The notes under the pieces: model-generated
What the model was told of the DNA's origin: nothing
Seen by the model: only the letters and a program-made list of their open reading frames with translations
The model's database searches: none
Shown here: piece by piece, positions 61,355 through 64,000 of the stretch
Layout of the letters: the number at the start of each line of letters is the position of its first letter
Position numbering within the stretch: position 1 is the stretch's first letter
Position numbers and translations under genes: made by a program
Source: an uncultured Nitrososphaerota archaeon
GTDB taxonomy: Archaea; Thermoproteota; Nitrososphaeria; Nitrososphaerales; Nitrosopumilaceae
Length of the DNA: 64,000 nt
Direction of reading: 5' to 3'
Assembly (NCBI GenBank): GCA_963824385.1
Contig: CAWGPD010000003.1
Coordinates: 64,001 to 128,000 of the forward strand

Positions 61355-61723
61355 GTGATTACCTGTATAGTTGTGGATGACGATGTGAATACTGTCAAGG
61401 TTTTTTCTGACATTCTTGAATTTATGGGGCTACAAGTAATAGGAAGAGGTTTTAGCGGCAGCGAAGCAGTATGTCTCTATAAAACATATGTCCCAGATGT
61501 TATTTTTATTGATCTCATGATGCCAAAAACAGATGGTATTTATGCTATTGAAAAAATTCTGAAAATTAATCCTACTGCAAAGATTGTAGCAATAACAGCT
61601 GATCTTTCACTGGAAACATATCACAAGTTAAATGAACTAAAAATTAAAGCGATTATTTACAAACCGTTTAGTATCCATAACATAAAAAAAGTATTAGAAC
61701 AGTACAATATCAATACATCATAA
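61355..61723 (+). CDS. Single-domain response regulator
   Basis: VVDDD, IDLMMP, ITA, YKPF. Confidence 0.9.
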   Translation: MITCIVVDDDVNTVKVFSDILEFMGLQVIGRGFSGSEAVCLYKTYVPDVIFIDLMMPKTDGIYAIEKILKINPTAKIVAITADLSLETYHKLNELKIKAIIYKPFSIHNIKKVLEQYNINTS

Positions 61724-61804
61724 TTTTATTTTATCAAAAATGTTGCACAAATGCATTTTCCATTATTTCTAATACATCTTGGAACGAAATAAAAAATTTG
61801 GAAA

Positions 61805-62176
61805 TCAGTTAAAACTCTCTTCTACGTAGGATTGTATCTTGATTGAAATATCTGTCAAAACATGTCTATCGGTATTTCTGTCACAACTTACCAGGATTGT
61901 CCAATTATTATGATAATATATCAAAACATGAACCTTTTCCCTTATCAAATGAACCATGGTATTTTTACCAATAAGTTCATCATACAACACTAGCAATCGC
62001 CTGAGTATTTGCATGTCTATTCCAAGCAGAGATGCTTGTTTGTCATTTAGAAGAAAGGAATTTGTAGATATCTTGCTATGAACTATTTTACCTTCCTCGT
62101 CTGTAATGAATACAAAACGAATTAAATCGTTGATTTTTATTATGTTATTTAATAATTCTTCAAAATTAGATGTCAT
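61805..62176 (-). CDS. Roadblock/profilin-like small protein (divergent)
   Basis: IRFVFITDEEGKI...IG...HLIREKV. Confidence 0.6.
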   Translation of the reverse strand: MTSNFEELLNNIIKINDLIRFVFITDEEGKIVHSKISTNSFLLNDKQASLLGIDMQILRRLLVLYDELIGKNTMVHLIREKVHVLIYYHNNWTILVSCDRNTDRHVLTDISIKIQSYVEESFN

Positions 62177-62503
62177 CGTAAAATGATTTCAAGCGTAAGA
62201 TCACTTAACCTTTTGTATAACGGAAATGAAAAAATCAAGTAATTGTAAAAAATTAGGAAAACATCTTTTGAATTTAGAAAATGAAACTTTGTTATTCCTA
62301 AATAAAAAATTAAGGAAAAGGTTTTTAGGTTTTCACCATAATCACCTGATTATTTTACGGCGCAGAACGCGAGATGTAGCACCCTTAGTATGTTCAAACA
62401 CCCTCAGTTTACTCCTACTGTTAGTTCAAACAGTTTACTTCTCTTCCCACGTGTGATGGAGACACATACGATCAATCGATACTGTGTACTCAAAATTAGG
62501 GAT

Positions 62504-63454
62504 TCAGACCTGTGAGATTCTGGTTCTTTTATGGGATTGGAACTGATACAAAAGAATAATTGAAACAATGCTTAGTGCAAGTACAATTTCAGCAAAAGGA
62601 AATTCAGGTACTGCCGGAATAAGTTTCGACATGTTAGTAATTTGCACAGGTGGTTGTTGATTTGTGATCAAATTTGTACTTGGTGTGTTAATAGTAGAAT
62701 TATTCTGAGATGCTACACTGGTACCAATAATTTGGATATCTTTGTTTCCTTGCAGGAACTGTATTGTCAAAATTCTATCACTTGTAGTCCCTTGTTCTTT
62801 TTGTGGAATAGTTTCTATACCATCAATTAAGATAGTAAACGGAACATCAATGCCATTACTTGTCTTTGCATCAAGCAAAGACCGTGGGAGCGAAAGTGTA
62901 ATTGTACCGTAATTAACTGATAGTATGGATACAGTCAGAGAAGGATTTGAGGTATCAGCAGACATTTTCATTACTGAACCTCCGAATATAGTATATGGCA
63001 CATTAAAGATCTGGTGATTATTTGGAATTTGTACTTGGAATGTATCATTGACAGGAGTAGTTGTTGCCGTAAATGCAAAAGTTGTTCGGGTTTGAACTTC
63101 AGAACCATATTGAACTAGAACGGTATAAACGCCGCCTGATTTCCACTCAGAGCCAGTTATCTCCACAAAGTCTGCGTAAGAACCATCTTGAACAACGCTA
63201 GTTTGTGCTGTCTGAATTAAATTACCGTAGGGATCTAAAATTTGGATAGTTATAGAATCTCCTTGTATAACAGTTTTAACAGCACCATAAATTACAATTG
63301 TATCGCCAAAGATGTAAGATGATTTGTCAGTCTTGGCGGTAATATTGGGATTTGTGAGAACTTTTTGTGCAAAAACGATATGAGGATATGTAGATAAAAG
63401 AATTAGACTTGAAATTGTTATTGCCATGATGAAATAAATACGGCTCAATAGCAA
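62504..63454 (-). CDS. PEFG-CTERM-type surface protein
   Basis: Signal peptide, TDKSSY..GDTI, LPRSLLDAK, VPEFP + TM + basic tail. Confidence 0.82.
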   Translation of the reverse strand: MLLSRIYFIMAITISSLILLSTYPHIVFAQKVLTNPNITAKTDKSSYIFGDTIVIYGAVKTVIQGDSITIQILDPYGNLIQTAQTSVVQDGSYADFVEITGSEWKSGGVYTVLVQYGSEVQTRTTFAFTATTTPVNDTFQVQIPNNHQIFNVPYTIFGGSVMKMSADTSNPSLTVSILSVNYGTITLSLPRSLLDAKTSNGIDVPFTILIDGIETIPQKEQGTTSDRILTIQFLQGNKDIQIIGTSVASQNNSTINTPSTNLITNQQPPVQITNMSKLIPAVPEFPFAEIVLALSIVSIILLYQFQSHKRTRISQV

Positions 63455-63586
63455 ATTGTTGATCTTCTAGGGTTCTAAAGGTTTACGATAATAGCGAATT
63501 TTTGTGAGTAAACAGGGGGTAAACCATTTTTACTCGTTGTCAATAAACTCGTTTAGATTTAGTAGCGAGCCTTTAGAACCTGCATT

Positions 63587-63769
63587 CTAACGAGTAAAAT
63601 AATAACAATTCCATTTCATATGGGGAACTGATTCCATTTCATGTTGTAGGCAATGTAATTGAAAGTGTTCTTGTGGTATGTATGGAATAGCAAATAAATG
63701 TACGATGAAAATTAAAATTCCTATTCCAACTATTGAAATTATCAGTATTACAATAACTGATTTTTTCAC
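63587..63769 (-). CDS. Small membrane-anchored protein
   Basis: N-terminal TM, His/Cys-containing tail. Confidence 0.5.
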   Translation of the reverse strand: MKKSVIVILIISIVGIGILIFIVHLFAIPYIPQEHFQLHCLQHEMESVPHMKWNCYYFTR

Positions 63770-63853
63770 ACCATTAGAATGTTAACATTAATGTTAAAGA
63801 TTATTCAAATCGTAACCTTCATGATTGAACAATTTCTAAAAATTCATTATGAT

Positions 63854-64000
63854 TTATTGAACTATCATTTCGCGGGGGCTATTTTCTGATTGGGAATTTG
63901 AATACCTGGATTTTAGATATAATACCTTGTCATCTCCTTCTGGAATTGGATTTGCGCATCTTCCACACTTTGGAAGCATCACAATTGCGTCCTCATCAAT
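63854..64000 (-). CDS. 3' part of a hypothetical protein (5' end outside window)
   Basis: Open frame ...LPKCGRCANPIP...MIVQ*. Confidence 0.45.
   Translation of the reverse strand: MDEDAIVMLPKCGRCANPIPEGDDKVLYLKSRYSNSQSENSPREMIVQ

Noticed and set aside
62450..62495. Fluoride riboswitch (GTGATGGAG...)
   Set aside because: Downstream conserved motif and pseudoknot partner are not convincing, and there is no suitable downstream gene.
43810..64000. Integrated element at tRNA-Ala
   Set aside because: No integrase and no duplicated tRNA 3' end noticed within the window.

Overview
AT-rich chromosomal segment of an ammonia-oxidising archaeon (Nitrososphaerota/Thaumarchaeota). The AmoA sequence, the Amt/PII genes beside amo and the kdp operon suggest a Ca. 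Nitrosotalea-like organism (inference). 1-27.4 kb is core genome: complex I nuoM/L/N, lipid synthesis, TBP, ABCE1, 5S rRNA, non-oxidative pentose phosphate pathway, MoxR/VWA, serS, S3Ae, S15. 27.5-37.5 kb is an ammonia oxidation/uptake cluster: probable amoZ and amoY, PII, a degenerate Cas4-like Fe-S protein, Amt, and amoB divergent from amoC-amoX-amoA. 37.6-64 kb is accessory and regulatory: Dam-type methylase, histidine kinases, duplicated CBS and roadblock-like genes, kdpABC plus an unannotated kdpF, HxlR/pirin and small Zn-finger proteins. Six tRNAs are present, three with introns. Strongest unannotated signals: (1) a 42/45-nt duplicated promoter with a palindromic operator, shared by amt and the apparently catalytically dead Cas4-like gene, each copy divergent from another gene (a 53-aa membrane microprotein and PII); (2) two box C/D guide sRNAs whose guides fit the 23S rRNA P-loop/H89 and H69/H71; (3) GATC at similar positions in most amo promoters next to an orphan Dam; (4) kdpF downstream of kdpC; (5) a Cys-to-Asp cupredoxin and a His-less kinase. 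About ten single-base frameshifts, including in essential genes, most likely reflect sequencing or assembly error.
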